The notes beneath the pieces are model-generated. The model searched no databases, was not told the DNA's origin, and saw nothing but the letters and a program-made list of their open reading frames with translations. A stretch of DNA of 64,000 nucleotides, taken from NCBI RefSeq assembly GCF_009914755.1, contig NC_060926.1; one strand, given 5' to 3'. The translations under genes and the position numbers were made by a program. Below are positions 45,969 through 60,264 of the stretch, one piece after another. Within the stretch, counting starts at the first letter, position 1. The number at the start of each line of letters is the position of its first letter. The stretch is from the human T2T-CHM13v2.0 reference genome, Homo sapiens.

Positions 45969-47251
45969 TAAAAGGAGACAAATTAGAACCAGGCAAATAA
46001 AGAGGGCACAGCAGAGGAGGGATACAAATGCAGAGCTTCCAGTCACCTTCTCCCTATGGAATCCTGGATGGTATTGCCCTCTCTCAGCTATGATATATGA
46101 CATAACTCAGAGAATATTGTCAACTGTGAAGCTCACCTTAGTCTTGGTGTTCAGAGATTTTACTGGAGTTTAGTCTACTGCCCATGTGGCTGATCTTTAG
46201 TCTCTAGCTCCTCCCAGAGTTTTAGGAAAATACCTCTAGTTGCTAGTTCTTCCAGAGTTTGCAACTGATAAGGTATGTCCTAAGCCCCCATCATATATCA
46301 CATTGTTAGGCTGTGTGGTGACCGAAGCCCTGAGGCAAACAAAGGTACTCCTATTAGTCAGGACATTGTGGGTACTTAGATCTCACCCCCCACCCCAACT
46401 CCCAGCCAAGGACAGAGACCAGAACTTCCTTTGGGTAAGCTAATTCTTCACTACACAAAGGGAATTGAACAGAGGATCTGCTGCAGTTCTCACATACTTC
46501 TGGCATCCAAATGTACCACCCACCAATTCATAGTATAAGGTTTCTGCTTAATGTGGAAGAACACCCCCTCTGCACATCCCCCTATTTATATTTTTGGCCT
46601 TGAACTTTGTCTCTCACTCATATATTTCCCTGTGGTGCAGTCAAACATCTTTCAACATCACCAACCTAAAGGAGTATGAAGCATGCTTAGCACCAGAAAA
46701 CAAATGTCATTTCACCAGAGTGTTTCTGCATTGAGCCAAACCTCCTCAAGGTCAGGAAGCACCCTCATCCTTCACTTTCCCTTGACCCACTATGCCCCTG
46801 GCCATTTTCCCAGCATTGCATCCTGGATTCTGCTCCTCAGCCTCCATGAGCTGGGCACCCAGGCTGCTGGAAATGATCCCTCACTAGCTCAGAAAGCTGA
46901 GCTGTTACCTGGGCTGGCTCAGTCCCACCACAGCAGCACGTCCTCGGTCTTCTCAATACCACACACAGTTGCTTTGCAGCAGACGCTGTACTGCTGCTGT
47001 TGCTGCTGCTACTACTAAAACCTTCCACCATGAGAGCAGCCACATGTTTCAACAGATCCATACACAATTTATTTCCCTCTTGGTCAGCCTGCCCGTTCAA
47101 TGTACATCTGCACATTAAAATATTTGTGACATCCTTAGTGGGAAGCAGAAAGATTTTGGGTTACATTATCTTCTTGGGATACCAACAAAAAAATTACATT
47201 TAGTGAAATTGAAACCCCAAGAAGTTAAATGATTTGTTAAAAGTCACAGAG

Positions 47252-47550
47252 GGCCGGGCGCGGTGGCCCACGCCTGTAATTCCAGCACTTTGGGAGGTCA
47301 AGGAGAGCGGATCACGAGGTCAGGAGTTCAAGACCAGCCTGGCCAACATGGCAAAACCCCTCTCTACTAAAAATACAAAAATTAGCTGAGCATGGTGGCA
47401 GGTGCCTGTAATCCCAGCTACTCAGGAGGGTGAGGCAAGAGAATCACTTGAAACCTGGGAGGCAGAGGTTCCAGTGAGCTGATACCATGCACTGTACTCC
47501 GGCCTGGGCAACAGAGCAAGACTCTGTCTCAAAAAAAAAAAAAAAAAAAA
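47252..47550 (+). mobile_element. AluSg-like, inserted into a MIR
   Basis: ggatcacgaggtcaggagttcaagacc; TSD aaRagtcacagag. Confidence 0.95.
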
Positions 47551-48169
47551 GAAGAGTCACAGAGGCAGTGAGTGGCCAAGCCAGGACAGAAATCAAGGTC
47601 TTCTGACATATCTTCCTTGCTTTACTAGGCTAGCTGCCAAAAAGAATTGGATCCAGCAGACCTTGCTATATGAAATTTTCTGCATGCAGAGGCTCATGAA
47701 ACATCATATCAACAATCTCTAAATGACAATTTCCACTGGCTATGTGTAAACTAGGACCAATATCACCAAGGAATGAGAACTCTCCCTTCATGACTCTGGG
47801 ATTCTAAACCTTTCTCTAGAACAATGACCTAGTTAATTTATTAATCTAATCTTTTAAATGTTAACCTTTTGAACCTTTCCCATTTCATAAAGTCACTGGG
47901 CCCAGCTTCACCAGTCTGCTTTTACTCATGATAGAATTATAGAAGTTCAAATCAGTTAAAGAATTTAGCCCTCATTTTACAGATGAGAAAAAGCAAGCAG
48001 AGAGAAAGACAGCAGTCTTACCAAATGGGTGGCAGGGCTGGAATGGAAGCCCAGATCTACCTTCTTCCTGCCTCTTTCTTGAATGTGCATGTGCTAGTTT
48101 TCTCCTTAGAGAAGGAAATCAAAAAGAGAAATCAAGCTTACCAGTGACTTCCCAACTCCACCTCCATTA

Positions 48170-48516
48170 TCACTCCCACCTAATACCCATGATCTCTTTC
48201 TCTCTCATAAATGCCTGAAGACTCTAGTTCCCAGATGCTTGGCATCTCAGTATGGACACATGACTAAGTTCTGATAGTAAAAAGTTAATGGAAATAGCTT
48301 GCCATTTCTAGGATGTCTTTTTAAAAGAGAGGGTGTGGGCCCTTCTTCTCCTTTTCCTCCCTCCTGCTGCCTGGAATGCATAGGTGTGGCTGGAGCTTTA
48401 GCAGCCATCGTGGACAATGAGGCAACAGTGAGAATGCAAGCATCAAGGTAGAAAGAACCTGGCTTCTGACACTGAGCAGATGCCATACCAGCCCTGGATT
48501 GCCTGTCCAGACGTGT

Positions 48517-48561
<45 letters not shown>

Positions 48562-48650
48562 TGTCTATGTATGAAATAAAATTTTATCTTAAGTCTTAAA
48601 TTAGATTACTCTTATTTGGGTTTTCTGTCTCATGCAGACAAATCTGTCCA
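48170..48650 (+). mobile_element. Old MaLR LTR (MLT1-like) containing (TG)n at 48513-48572
   Basis: gctggagctttagcagccatc; ccataccagccctggattgcct. Confidence 0.7.
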
Positions 48651-50664
48651 ATTAAATTTCAAGAAGTAAAGCAAACCAAAAAGAACTTGAGTTGTCTTTT
48701 TTTATTATTTGTCTTTTTTAACTAATATTTAATCTCTTCTGTTCAGGAATATATTTAACCTGGTTCAAGTTCTACCTCTCATTTTGTATTAATCTACAAT
48801 CCATATATACTCTTACTGGCATATGATTTTATATTAATGTTTATTGATGCCTGAATATGTGTTGACTATCCAAATAGGTTGTAATCTCCTTGAAACCAAA
48901 GTCCAATCACTTTTTAGAATCACTTATAGTTTCTAACTCATTACTGACAACACATAAACCTCTCAAAAAATATTTAGAGAATTGTATTAAATGAATTATC
49001 AATGTTTGTTAGCTATTTATAACAGTTAAAAATAGCAATGCACGTATGTATGTTGGCGGGGGGCTCACAAACTTAGGCAGGTGTTAGTATCCCTATTTTG
49101 CAAAGAAGGAAACAGAATCAAAGAGGCTCATAACCTGCATACTAACCTTCCTTGGATGTCCATCTTGGAAGAGATAGAGCAGAACCAAACCCTGGCCTGC
49201 AGAACATATGTCGACTTTCCACAGTGCCCTGCTGCCTCACAATCATAAATAACAGTATGCTCTTCACTCTGTATGGCATACTTCAGACGAGTTCCTGACA
49301 ACAAGAAGCTTCCCATTAAAGTCATTAATACGGCATTTCCCTCATATTAGCAAATAATCATTGCTTTCCCTTCCTATGTTCAATTCTTACCTACATCTTT
49401 ATGAACACTGGCAGAAGTGGCTTACCTATACCTGACAAGTGTGCCTCCCCTTCCTTGGTGTGGAGACATCACTGGGTAGGCATAAGCAGCCTCTCTACCT
49501 GCCCACAGCAGCAGACTAAATGTCATTCAGTGAGTATTTAATATAGTCATAAATCTGAGTCTAGATGATTTGAAAACTTTACAGAAACTTGCTGCCTTCT
49601 CTCAACCTAATGTTAGCATCAAATATTACCATTAAAGTCATGTAATTTTATTTTTATTTTTCCTTTTAATGTTTGTATTGGGTTATTCCAGAGCAAAAGT
49701 AGTTTTGAGGAAAAAAAATACTTCGGAAATATTCTTTTATACTCTTACTCTTTGATCAGATAAATAGCTATACCAGACCTACCTTGCAATAGGATATTCT
49801 CCATAATATTTTTTAAGGTTTTTAGTTTTCAGGTCTCAATTTCCAATTCTAGTTTTGATTATCTATAGTAGTATTTCATACCATTTTCTACTTTGTTTTA
49901 AATGTACTTAGCTTATCACTAACTCTACGTTAACCGTAACAGTTGGTTCTAATCTCAAAAGTCAACATCCTTCTCATCTCTTTGCATTGCTATCCACTGA
50001 GGGAGTTGGAGAAAGCAGATGGAATATGCAAGCTAATCTCAGATAATGAGGTAATTTTGTATAGTGCATGCATTTCAAAAAATAATTAAGTACACTTATT
50101 ATCCTTTAGATGCAAGTCTGAGTACTTGTGAGGGAAGTGGTGGAGTTTAAAGGATACACTCTAGACTTTGTGACCTAAAATGCAATAAGTCTCCAGAAAC
50201 TTACTTTTACTTTAAGAACCTGTGGCATTTTGACTAAGAGCAAAAAACAAACTCCACATGTTCTCTTCCAGCAGTAAAGTATCTCAAACCCCAAGCCCAA
50301 ATCCATTCTATGATAACAACTGGGAAGGTAGAAATTGCATGATGATCTCTAAAATTTTGATAAACCAGAGCTACTTTTCACTTTACTGTAGCCTTGATGT
50401 CTTTGGATGTAGAGAGGAAACATGGTAGCATTGAATTTCCTGTACCATATAAAAATAGTGGCCTCTAGTGGTTGTCTGACTTCTCACTAGAGCCTAGCAA
50501 ATGGAAAGTGGTGCATTTTTCAGTGGGCTTTGGTGATGCCTTTTTAAAGACATTCTGTTGAAAGAGGGATGAAAGAGAGGAAGTTGCATCTGAAGAATGA
50601 GAATGAAGTGACATACACTTAAAAGATGTTTTATTTAGTTTTTGAATGGTAGAGGCTTGAGCAC

Positions 50665-51070
50665 GTGCATTAAGTAGGGTAGGCCAGCTTCTGTAAAAAC
50701 CACCAATTTCAGTGACTTAACCCAAACACCGTCTCACTTATGTTACAGTCCAGGGAGGGTTGGCATGGCTGGTCAGCTCTGGAGTTGTTCAGGGACCCCG
50801 TTCCTTCAATCTAGTGATCCTGCCATCCCCCACGGCCCACAGACCTCTACTGGATATTCTGCACATGAGAAAAGATGGTGGTGATGTCGGATTGCCCAGG
50901 ACATTGTATAGGCTAGTCCCACATGCCTCTGGTGTTTGTCCATTTGCCCATCTGCCAGATCTTAGTCATAAAGCACAGCTAACTGTAAGGGAACCTGAAG
51001 AATATAGTCTACCTGTGTGCCCAGGAGGAAAGGGGAAAAGTTTTGGTGAACAGCTAGCCAGCCTCTTCCA
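50665..51070 (-). mobile_element. Old MaLR LTR (MLT1J/K-like)
   Basis: tttcagtgacttaac; ttagtcata; tagtctacctgtgtgcccaggaggaa; ggtgaacagctagcca. Confidence 0.65.
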
Positions 51071-51348
51071 CCAAATTACTGTTACCTGGAAGGTAGTTGT
51101 GTTTTCAGTGTAAATAAAAAGGTGAAGATAAATAAGCAAAAATATGTTGTTTGATTGAGCTGGCGGAAGATGAGCTAGGAGGCATTGGTGGAGATGTTGC
51201 CTTTGGATAAGGGGGTAGAAAAATTTGTTCTTTGAGACTAGAGAGAAGGCAATGTAAGTGTTGATAGGTACCCAGTAGAGGACTCTGCAACCATGAAATC
51301 ACATTTTAGTCTTCATGGAACTAATGAGACAGACAACAGATTCAAAAT

Positions 51349-51618
51349 CAAGATCATTGTGTAGACTTGTGCAGTTTGTGTTTCACAGAAATGTCGTGCC
51401 AGGAAAGCAGGAAATGATAGAAATCAGCCAACAGCCTGCTCTCTAAGCAGTGCCCTCGGGGGTTGTCTGTATCCTCCTGGATGAGGGGTGCAGTCATCTC
51501 CAGTCTGAGGAAATGCAAATTGCCCAGATGAGGTGCCTTTTTCTAATTTAACCACCCAGACGAGGCACATTTTCTTAAATTCACACAGAGGCACCATATG
51601 GGGTAGCAGCAGCCCTGC
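51349..51618 (-). mobile_element. MER91-like hAT-Tip100 MITE
   Basis: gcctttttctaattt...gcaccatatggggtagcagcagccctg terminus. Confidence 0.6.
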
Positions 51619-53894
51619 TCAAGAGTAGGGGTGACTTGGACCAGACCGAAGTAGATATGTGAGAAGTGGCACTATGTCTCCCCTGTTGGAGGTCTGGGAG
51701 CACACTGGAGGGGGCATTTGAGAAGGGTTCTGGAGTCCTCAGAGCTGGGTCCTTACATTATAACTTTGCTATTTCATTTGAAATAATCCTTTTCAGTAGA
51801 GTAAACAGACATGGAGCATTTCTGTCATGTTCTAGGGTTTTAACGACTTATTGTAAGGAGGCTGTTTATTTTTCTTAGAGCTTTATTCTCATTGCTAGTT
51901 GCTGCTAAGAGCTTGCAGCTGCATCAGTTTTGCTTGCAATGGAAAATTCTCAGTATTGGAAGCAAGGAGAATTGGGTCTAACTTTCCCCCTAACTAACTG
52001 GATGACCTTGAGAGTCTTCACATCTTCGACCCTGCATTGTCTCATCTGTAAAATGCACTCATTTTGTTAATACCAATGATTCCTTGACTATATGATTACC
52101 AACCTCTCCTTCAGTTCTGACACTTCCAGATTCTAGGGTAAATAGCAAGCACAGCAGTTTAGGCAAAGATATTTCATATAAAAATTTAGGAGACCCAGAC
52201 GTGTACAACCTTGCATTTATCTGTTTTTATGAAAATAAACGCAAGTATTTATTTAGAATATAAAAATAAAAATACCATTTAAATTTCCATAAACAACTTA
52301 GTTATACTATAATAAAGTAGATAAGTAGTAAAACAAATTTAAAACATTTGATATGTTTTTGTGTATATTTTAGAATACTGCTTGTCACTTAGCAAATGCA
52401 GTGTAGGTATATGTTATTGTTATTGTTACTATTATTAACACTTTTTTCTTACTGGGACCAATAATATAGAGTAAATAGTCTAACTGTAATCAAAAAAATT
52501 CTTCCAAACGGAAGTTGCCTTTCAGTGAGTTTGGAATAAGTTTCTAGATTCCTTCATTCTGATGTGGCTTTGACTTTCTCCAAGGATACTAGTGAGCTTT
52601 TCCTGAAATACTTTTTCCTTTGGGAAAACCAGTGTGCATGACTACAAATATTAAAATGGCTTGGTTTCCAAACAAGATATTCTCTTTGTGTTTTTAATCA
52701 TACAGTGCATCCCATCTTGCTGTTTTTTGAAATATGTTTCTGGTCCTTAAATTTCTCCATTGGTCACCTTTATCATCTTATTTCTGATTCCTTAATAGGA
52801 GTTTTAATCAAGTCTTCAGTACTTGAATGTGTTGGTACACATCTTCGGGGGGTACTATTTTATCCCTGATTATATAATCAAAATGTCATCAAATATTTAT
52901 TGTATCATCATCATTAAAATATTTAATTCCAATCCAGAGAATAATTTTTAAGCTACCTGAGCTTTAGATAAGAATGTCAGATTTTTAAAAAGGCTTCAAG
53001 GATAACCAAATCTAAAACACTTAGATCTTAGCATAAAAGCTGTTCATATCAGAAAAGCAAATGAGAGGAGTATTCTGAATCAGCATCGTGGTAGGCTTAA
53101 ACATGAATAAATAATAACAATGTTTATCTGACATAGCCAAATTGACTCTGATGTAATAAAACTTGGGTTAATAAAATGTTAGGAGCAAGCTAAGAGATTC
53201 AACTGTAAGAAGAACCCCTTCTTTTCACATGAGGAAATTGAGACCGAGAAAACCTAAGTGGCTACCCAAAGACAGCACAGCTGTGCAGTGGCAGATCTCG
53301 ATTTATGGGACCCCTGGCTACTGGTCAGGATTTCTTTGTATTTTACCTCCAAGAAAACATGCAGAATCCCATGGCTGCATCCCAGTCTCAGTTCCACCTA
53401 AAGGTATGCCCTAGGTATTATACAATCCAAGACCACTTCTGAGCCCTCCATTTCATCTATAAAATGGTCAGCTGGACCATATAGGGGCTTAGATCTTTTT
53501 TAGACCTAAATTGCTGTGTTTTCCCACCATGGTTCATTTTTCTTAGTGATAGAAACAAAATCTTTTTCTTGGGCACAATTTAAACTTGTAATTTTGGAAC
53601 TACAGCTATGGATATGAAGCTCTTAATCATCAAGGCATTTTTCCTAAACACTTAAGCTGATGCAATTTTCAGAAATTCAGAAAACAAATTTTGCAATCAC
53701 TTTTCCCAGTGATTAAAAAGAAGGTAAAAGGACAGAAATGAGAGGCATAATTATATGGTACATTTAGTCAACAACTGTACAGGCAAAATGTCAAAAAAAT
53801 AAGGCACCCATCAAGCATTTCAACCGTACCTGACTAACCATGTTATGGATTTGCCTCCTGGGGATCTGCGTTTATTAGGAGAATAACAGAATAA

Positions 53895-54150
53895 CCTAGT
53901 TAAGAGCATGACCGCTGGTCACTGGCCTAGATTCCAATTCTGGCTCTTCCACCTGCAAACTGTATGACTTTGAACAAGCAATTTCCCTAAACTTCAGTTT
54001 TCTCATATTGAAAATGGGAATAAGAGCTGTACTTAACTTATGGTGTTTAAGAGAAGATACAGTGATAATGTATTGATACATTTATCATCATGCTTAACAT
54101 GTAGTAAGCACTTAAGATATGTCCTTTCTGAATAGTTAGTTGCTATGCTG
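53895..54150 (+). mobile_element. MIR
   Basis: tggctcttccacct...cttcagttttctcatattgaaaatggg...tagtaagcactta. Confidence 0.8.
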
Positions 54151-55044
54151 TACAAGTTGTTAAATTTGTACATCTCCTTCTATCTATAAGGAAGAGTGAT
54201 TGATAAGGAAGACATCACTAAGCCAAGTCACCTCACTCAGTAAGTAATGGTGGATGAACCAGCGGTAGGATGACCAGGTAACAGCCGAAGGTAACACTAA
54301 GAATTGTTTCAAAACCAGCATTATTTTAGAAACCAATGTTATGCAGATAATCTGCCTGTTACCTTCTTTCCTAATAGACATACTCTTAGTTTTCTTCTTT
54401 TTCCTCCCCTTCTATTGCAGAGCTGGTGTGAAAAATACTAAGTGTATGCAATAAGAGTAAAGACTATTTTAGCCATTTAGATATCACATCTCATTTTCAT
54501 TGCTATTCCATAAAACTCATAGCACATCTTCCACAAAAGATTTTTTGCCTATTTGCCTGAAGATTATTTTAAGCCTATCCAAAATTTAAGACTAAATTGC
54601 TAGTCCAATTAAGCAAAATTAACGTTTGGATTACTTGTAAGGTACCTACTAACTTTAGTAGACAAAGCTAATTTTTTGTGTCCTTTCATATTATTTATTT
54701 AGATGTCTTGCCATTTGATCACCATAGAAAAGTTCATGAAACTCATCATAAAACATGTTAATTAATCATATACATGATATCAGGCAGTGAAATATAAGGT
54801 AAGAAGGATGGCTCTGTCTTCTGGGTCTTCAAACATAAAATAGATGACACAGAAATGACGTATGTGCTGAGTGATATACAAATCCAAATGTGTGTAATAG
54901 ACTTATATTTCAGCTAACTGAACTATATGCCATGGGAATGCATAGGACTGCTATGTATATGCTTCACTTTTCAAAGTCACAGTTTCTATCCAATCTATTG
55001 GGAAAATCTCAGGGAAACAATAGAAGATAGAGAAGCATAGGAAT

Positions 55045-55260
55045 AGACAGTTATTGAATGCATTGCACTCTAACTTTGTGCATGGCATCATGCTTTAGGA
55101 ATTTTGCATACATTATCATACACATAAATCTCACCATAGTCTCACATAGTGAGTGTCCTTATCTCTGAGTTCAGAAGTAACTTGCCCTCAGGTCACACGA
55201 CTCCTCATAAGCTGAGATAGAACTGCAAAGTCCCTGTTCTTTCCACTATCCCGTGTTACT
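55045..55260 (-). mobile_element. MIR
   Basis: gttcagaagtaacttgccctcaggtcacac. Confidence 0.65.
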
Positions 55261-58157
55261 AGGATAAAGTAAAATTCAATCTTTTATGGGTATTTTCTTC
55301 TTACCAGCATATAGCTCAACTACTTGTCACTGAATTACCACATCTGGAGCTATCTTTTTGCTTACATTTTACTTTTATACACTGTTATAAAAGCTGCTTT
55401 CCAGGAAGAAACACAGGCTTTTATTCAGACATAAAAATAGGCTAATGGCAATGACAGGGATGACTGTGAAGGGGAAAGAAAAGCAAGAGTGATATTGCCA
55501 AATCTATGTTAGGAGTTACAGTCTTCATTAGAAAAGAACTTGAGCATGTCACATTGTGAAATAGCATGTGATAGAAAATACAGTGTGGTACCATGAAGGG
55601 TTCTACTTACCATATGGCGTGTTAATATATCCTATTTCCTTGGGGAATGCACTAAGGATGAAAGGAGAATGGAATCCTTCAAAAAGTGTATTGAATAATC
55701 ATCTGAGTCTGAATGGATTTTGATTATACCAACATGCACAATGACTCAGTGAGGATAATGAAACACCAGAGGCTCTGAATACATGCCTCACCATTCTGTA
55801 GCTATTGACTTTAGCCGAATATGAATTATGCCAATGGGATGGAATCTCCAAGGATTTTTCTATGGATCCCAGGGACAACTTGGAAGGAACAAATGCCAAA
55901 TATTACTGACTTGTGAATTGCTCTTTTTTACAATTATAGCACAATAAAGCATCACATTTTCAATGGTAATCAGAAGGACAGGTAATGAAAGGAAAGATCA
56001 CTCTATATGGAAGGATTCAACAACATGATTAAGAATATATTAAATATTGTAATTATGGAGGCTTCACATACTCAGAGGTTGAATTAAAAAAATACTGCTG
56101 TAACTATGATGCTTAAAACTGAGCGCAAATGAGGCATTGGAATAGAAGCAGGTAAACAGTTTCGAGGACTAAAGCACTTTACAATACTTTAATGTAGAAA
56201 ATCTCTACTTATCTATTTATCTATAATGAACAATAATGAGAATGTACAAATTTTTAGGAAACAATTATTGGCAAGCATGCAAGCTAAAGTATTAAAAATG
56301 GACTATAAGGACACCATGGGGAGATTAAGTAACATGAGGAAGCCTTTCTCATGTTAAAAAAATTCTGCTGTTTTTAAAACTTGTCTTTTTAATTTCAATA
56401 ATGAAGTTTTATTTTGATCAAAATATTTAAACTCAAGAACCTCACTACTTTATTAAAATCTAGAGCTAAGACAATGAAGTAATATTTACCAAAGAGTTGT
56501 AGGAAACAACGCAGTGAGTAGACTATTCATCCCTCATTTTCATTGGTCAAGGATGCCCTTAATTGGAAAATGTTCGTTCACTGCAACTTCATAGAGGAAT
56601 GAACATTCTAGGTATGTATGCTACACTATTCTCATTTAAGAAAAATTGTCTTCTTGTGGAAAAACTGATTACTTCTTACTGTGTGCCATCTTCCTGCAAT
56701 GGAATATTTATTTCTCACAATAAACCTAGGAGGTAGGTAATGTTATGTCTGTTCTACAGAAGAAACTGAGGAAAGTGAAAAGACTGGAGAAATAAGGAAT
56801 TGTGCCCTTGGGTCCAGCCAAAGTTCATTTATGGATCTCTGTGATTCTAAAAACTTGTGTCTTAAAACTAAACCATTTGGCTGCATATTATAAATCACTC
56901 TACATTGTAGAAAAATAATATACTGCCTTTTACAGAACTACTGACTATAAAAGCTGGTTATCTACATAAGTACATTAGTCTTTTTTTTTTTAATTCTGTT
57001 TATACACCTCAAAGTAAATTATTAAGTGACTTGGAGATGGGTTGTGTGATCAAAGACATTTTCATTTAAATATCTTATATTGTATACTTTTATGAATTAT
57101 AAACACTGACCAACAAAGTGTTCTTTGTTGCCAAGAATGTCACCTTTTCTAATAAAAAGTTATGGATATTTTTACCTTCTCAACTAAAACCTTATCATTT
57201 TGATGCAAAGTAATAAAATACTTGGCTACAGAATGGAAATTACCTGATTGAAATTTTAGGTTTGTTATATATTATTTAATATCTAAAGTGTTTGGCTCTC
57301 AAAGTTTCAGTAGAACTTAGAAACATGATATCTTGGATTTCAAGAACAGTATTTGGCAGGACACAGGGCAACCCTCGTTCTTTCTTTCTGCTCTTTGGAG
57401 GTCAGAATGTAAGAGGAGAGAACCCTGTGTGCATTCCAGCCCCAGCTCTGCCCTGGACTGTCAAAGTGGTCATGGACTGCACCCCATCCCACAATCCTCA
57501 AATGTATAATATGTTTTTCTTGGTAGCTGGTATGAGAGACCAAAGGCATATGTCAGTTTCTTTAACTCACCCAAAACAAATGAACATTATGTACTTTTCT
57601 GTTCCACGTAAACAGACATCATTGGCTTGACTGGAGACCAAGAAGGGTACTTAGCGAAATTGCGTCCTGGGAAAGGAAGAATCCAATCTGTTGGCCAGCA
57701 TCACTTATATAGTAGTTTTATATTCAGTCTAAACCTTTGCAAACTGTGAGATTTCATCTACATTGCCCATTCAAGGAAAAGGGAGCAAAAGCCCAGCCCA
57801 CAATGCATTTAATCACTTTTCTTATGTTTATTGTTTCCTGCTTCAGAATGCTCAGCCTTGCTTCTGGACTGGTGGTCATTCACTGAGCCAGGGATAAAAG
57901 GAGTAATACTGAGTTCTGGTTAAAACTGAGGTGCTCTCTAATTTTTTACATTGTTTTTGTCTTATCTCTGAAGGAGAATGAAGACAGTGTGTGACAACCT
58001 GAAAAAGACAAGTCTTTGGTTATCAGAAAAACTACCTTTAAAGCTAATTTTGAAAACAGATCATTTAGATAAAATAACATGGAGAAGATGAAAAGAAAAA
58101 TCAAGTTTACAACAGATTCAGAGAACCTTGAAGTTGATTATGATTTTAAGAATAACA

Positions 58158-59185
58158 GAGGAGCCAAGATGGCCGAATAGGAACAGCTCCGGTCTACAGC
58201 TCGCAGCATGAGCGACGCAGAAGATGGGTGATTTCTGCATTTCCGTCTGAGGTACCAGGTTCATCTCACTAGGGAGTGCCAGAGAGTGGGCTCAGGACAG
58301 TGAGTGCAGCACACCATGCGCCAGCTGAAGCAGGGCGAGGCATTGACTCACTCCAGAAGCAGAAGGGGTCAGGGAGTTCCCTTTCCTGGTCAAGGAAAGG
58401 GGTGACAGATGGCACCTGGAAAATTGGATCACTCCCACCTGAATACTGCGCTTTTCCGACGGGCTTAGGAAATGGCGCACCAGGAGATTATATCCTGCAC
58501 CTGGCTCGGAGGTTCCTACGCCCATGGAGTCTCGCTGATTGCTAGCACAGCAGTCTGAGATCAAACTGCAAGGTGGCAGCGAGGCTGGGGGAGGGGCGCC
58601 CACCATTGCCCAGGCTTGCTTAGGTAAACAAAGCAGCCAGGAAGTTCGAACTGGGTGGAGCTGACCACAGCTCAAGGAGGCCTGCCTGCCTCTGTAGGCT
58701 CCACCTCTGGGGGCAGGGCACAGACAAACAAAAAGACAGCAGTAACCTCTGCAGACTTAAATGTCCCTGTCTGACAGCTTTGAAGAGAGCAGTGGTTCTC
58801 CCAGCACGCAGCTGGAGATCTGAGAACGGGCAGACTGCCTCCTCAAGTGGGTCCCTGACCCATGTCCCCTGAGCAGCCTAACTGGGAGGCACCCCCCAGC
58901 AGGGGCAGACTGACACCTCACACGGCCGGGTACTCCTCTGAGACAAAACTTCCAGAGGAACGATCAGACAGCAGGATTTGCGGTTCATGAAAATCCACTG
59001 TTCTGCAGACACCGCTGCTGATACCCAGGCAAACATGGTCTGGAGTGGACCTCTAGCAAACTCCAACAGACCTGCAGCTGAGGGTCCTGTCTGTTAGAAG
59101 GAAAACTAACAAACAGGACATCCACACCAAAAACCCATCTGTACATCACCATCATCAAAGACCAAAAGTAGATAAAACCACAAAG
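58158..59185. promoter_or_regulatory. L1 5' UTR (sense and antisense promoters); ZNF93-binding segment at ~58937-59064
   Basis: Matches the known L1PA UTR organisation; many CpGs decayed to TG/CA. Confidence 0.8.
58292..58606 (-). CDS. L1 ORF0 homologue, open, 104 codons
   Basis: MVGAPPPASLPPCSLISDCCASNQRDS... matches primate L1 ORF0; no expression evidence. Confidence 0.6.
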   Translation of the reverse strand: MVGAPPPASLPPCSLISDCCASNQRDSMGVGTSEPGAGYNLLVRHFLSPSEKRSIQVGVIQFSRCHLSPLSLTRKGNSLTPSASGVSQCLALLQLAHGVLHSLS

Positions 59186-60201
59186 ATGGGGAAAAAACAG
59201 AGCAGAAAAACTGGAAACTCTAAAAAGCAGAGCGCCTCTCCTCCTCCAAAGGAACGCAATTCCTCACCAGCAACGAAACGAAGCTGGACGGAGGATGACT
59301 TTGACGAGTTGAGAGAAGAAGGCTTCAGACGATCGAACTACTCCAAGCTACAGGAGGAAATTCAAACCAAAGCAAAGAAGTTGAAAACTTTGAAAAAAAT
59401 TTAGACGAATGTATAGCTGGAATAACCAATACAGAGAAGTGCTTAAAGGAGCTGATGGAGCTGAAAGCCAAGGCTCGAGAACTACGTGAAGAATGCAGAA
59501 GCCTCAGGACCCAGTGCGATCAACTGGAAGAAAGGGTATCAGTGATGGAAGACGAAATGAATGAAATGAAGCGAGAAGGGAAGTTGAGAGAAAAAAGAAT
59601 AAAAAGAAATGAACAAAGCCTCCAAGAAATATGGGACTATGTGAAAAGACCAAATCTACGTCTGATTGGTGTACCTCAAAGTGACGGGGAGAATGGAACC
59701 AAGTTGGAAAACACTCTGCAGGATGTTATCCAGGAGAACTTCCCCAATCTAGCAAGGCAGGCCAACGTTCAGATTCAGGAAATACAGAGAATGCCACAAA
59801 GATACTCCTCGAGAAGAGCAACTCCAAGACACATAATAGTCAGATTCACCAAAGTTGAAATGAAGGAAAAAATGTTAAGGGCAGCCAGAGAGAAAGGTCA
59901 GGTTACCCACAAAGGGAAGCCCATCAGACTAACAGCAGATCTCTCAGCAGAAACTCTACAAGCCAGAAGAGAGTGGGGGCCAATATTCAACATTCTTGAA
60001 GAAAAGAATTTTCAACCCAGAATTTCATATCCAGCCAAACTAAGCTTCATAAGTGAAGGAGAAATAAAATACTTTACAGACAAACAAATGCTGACAGATT
60101 TTGTCACCACCAGGCCTGCCCTCAAAGAGCTCCTAAAGGAAGCACTAAACATGGAAAGGCACAACTGGTACCAGCAGCTGCAAAATCATGCCAAAATATA
60201 A
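59186..60201 (+). pseudogene. L1 ORF1p, frameshifted near 59371
   Basis: MGKKQSRKTGNSK start; 1-nt deletion (accaaagcaaag); downstream 248-aa frame has the RRM/CTD region (ARREWGPIF, YPAKLS). Confidence 0.93.
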
Positions 60202-60264
60202 AGACCATCGAGACTAGGAAGAAACTGCATCAACTAACAAGCAAAATAACCAGCTAACATCATA

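Noticed and set aside
46987-47016. (CTG)n(CTA)n tract and poly-Cys/Ser/Leu ORFs
   Set aside because: Only about 9 interrupted triplets; no splice or coding support.
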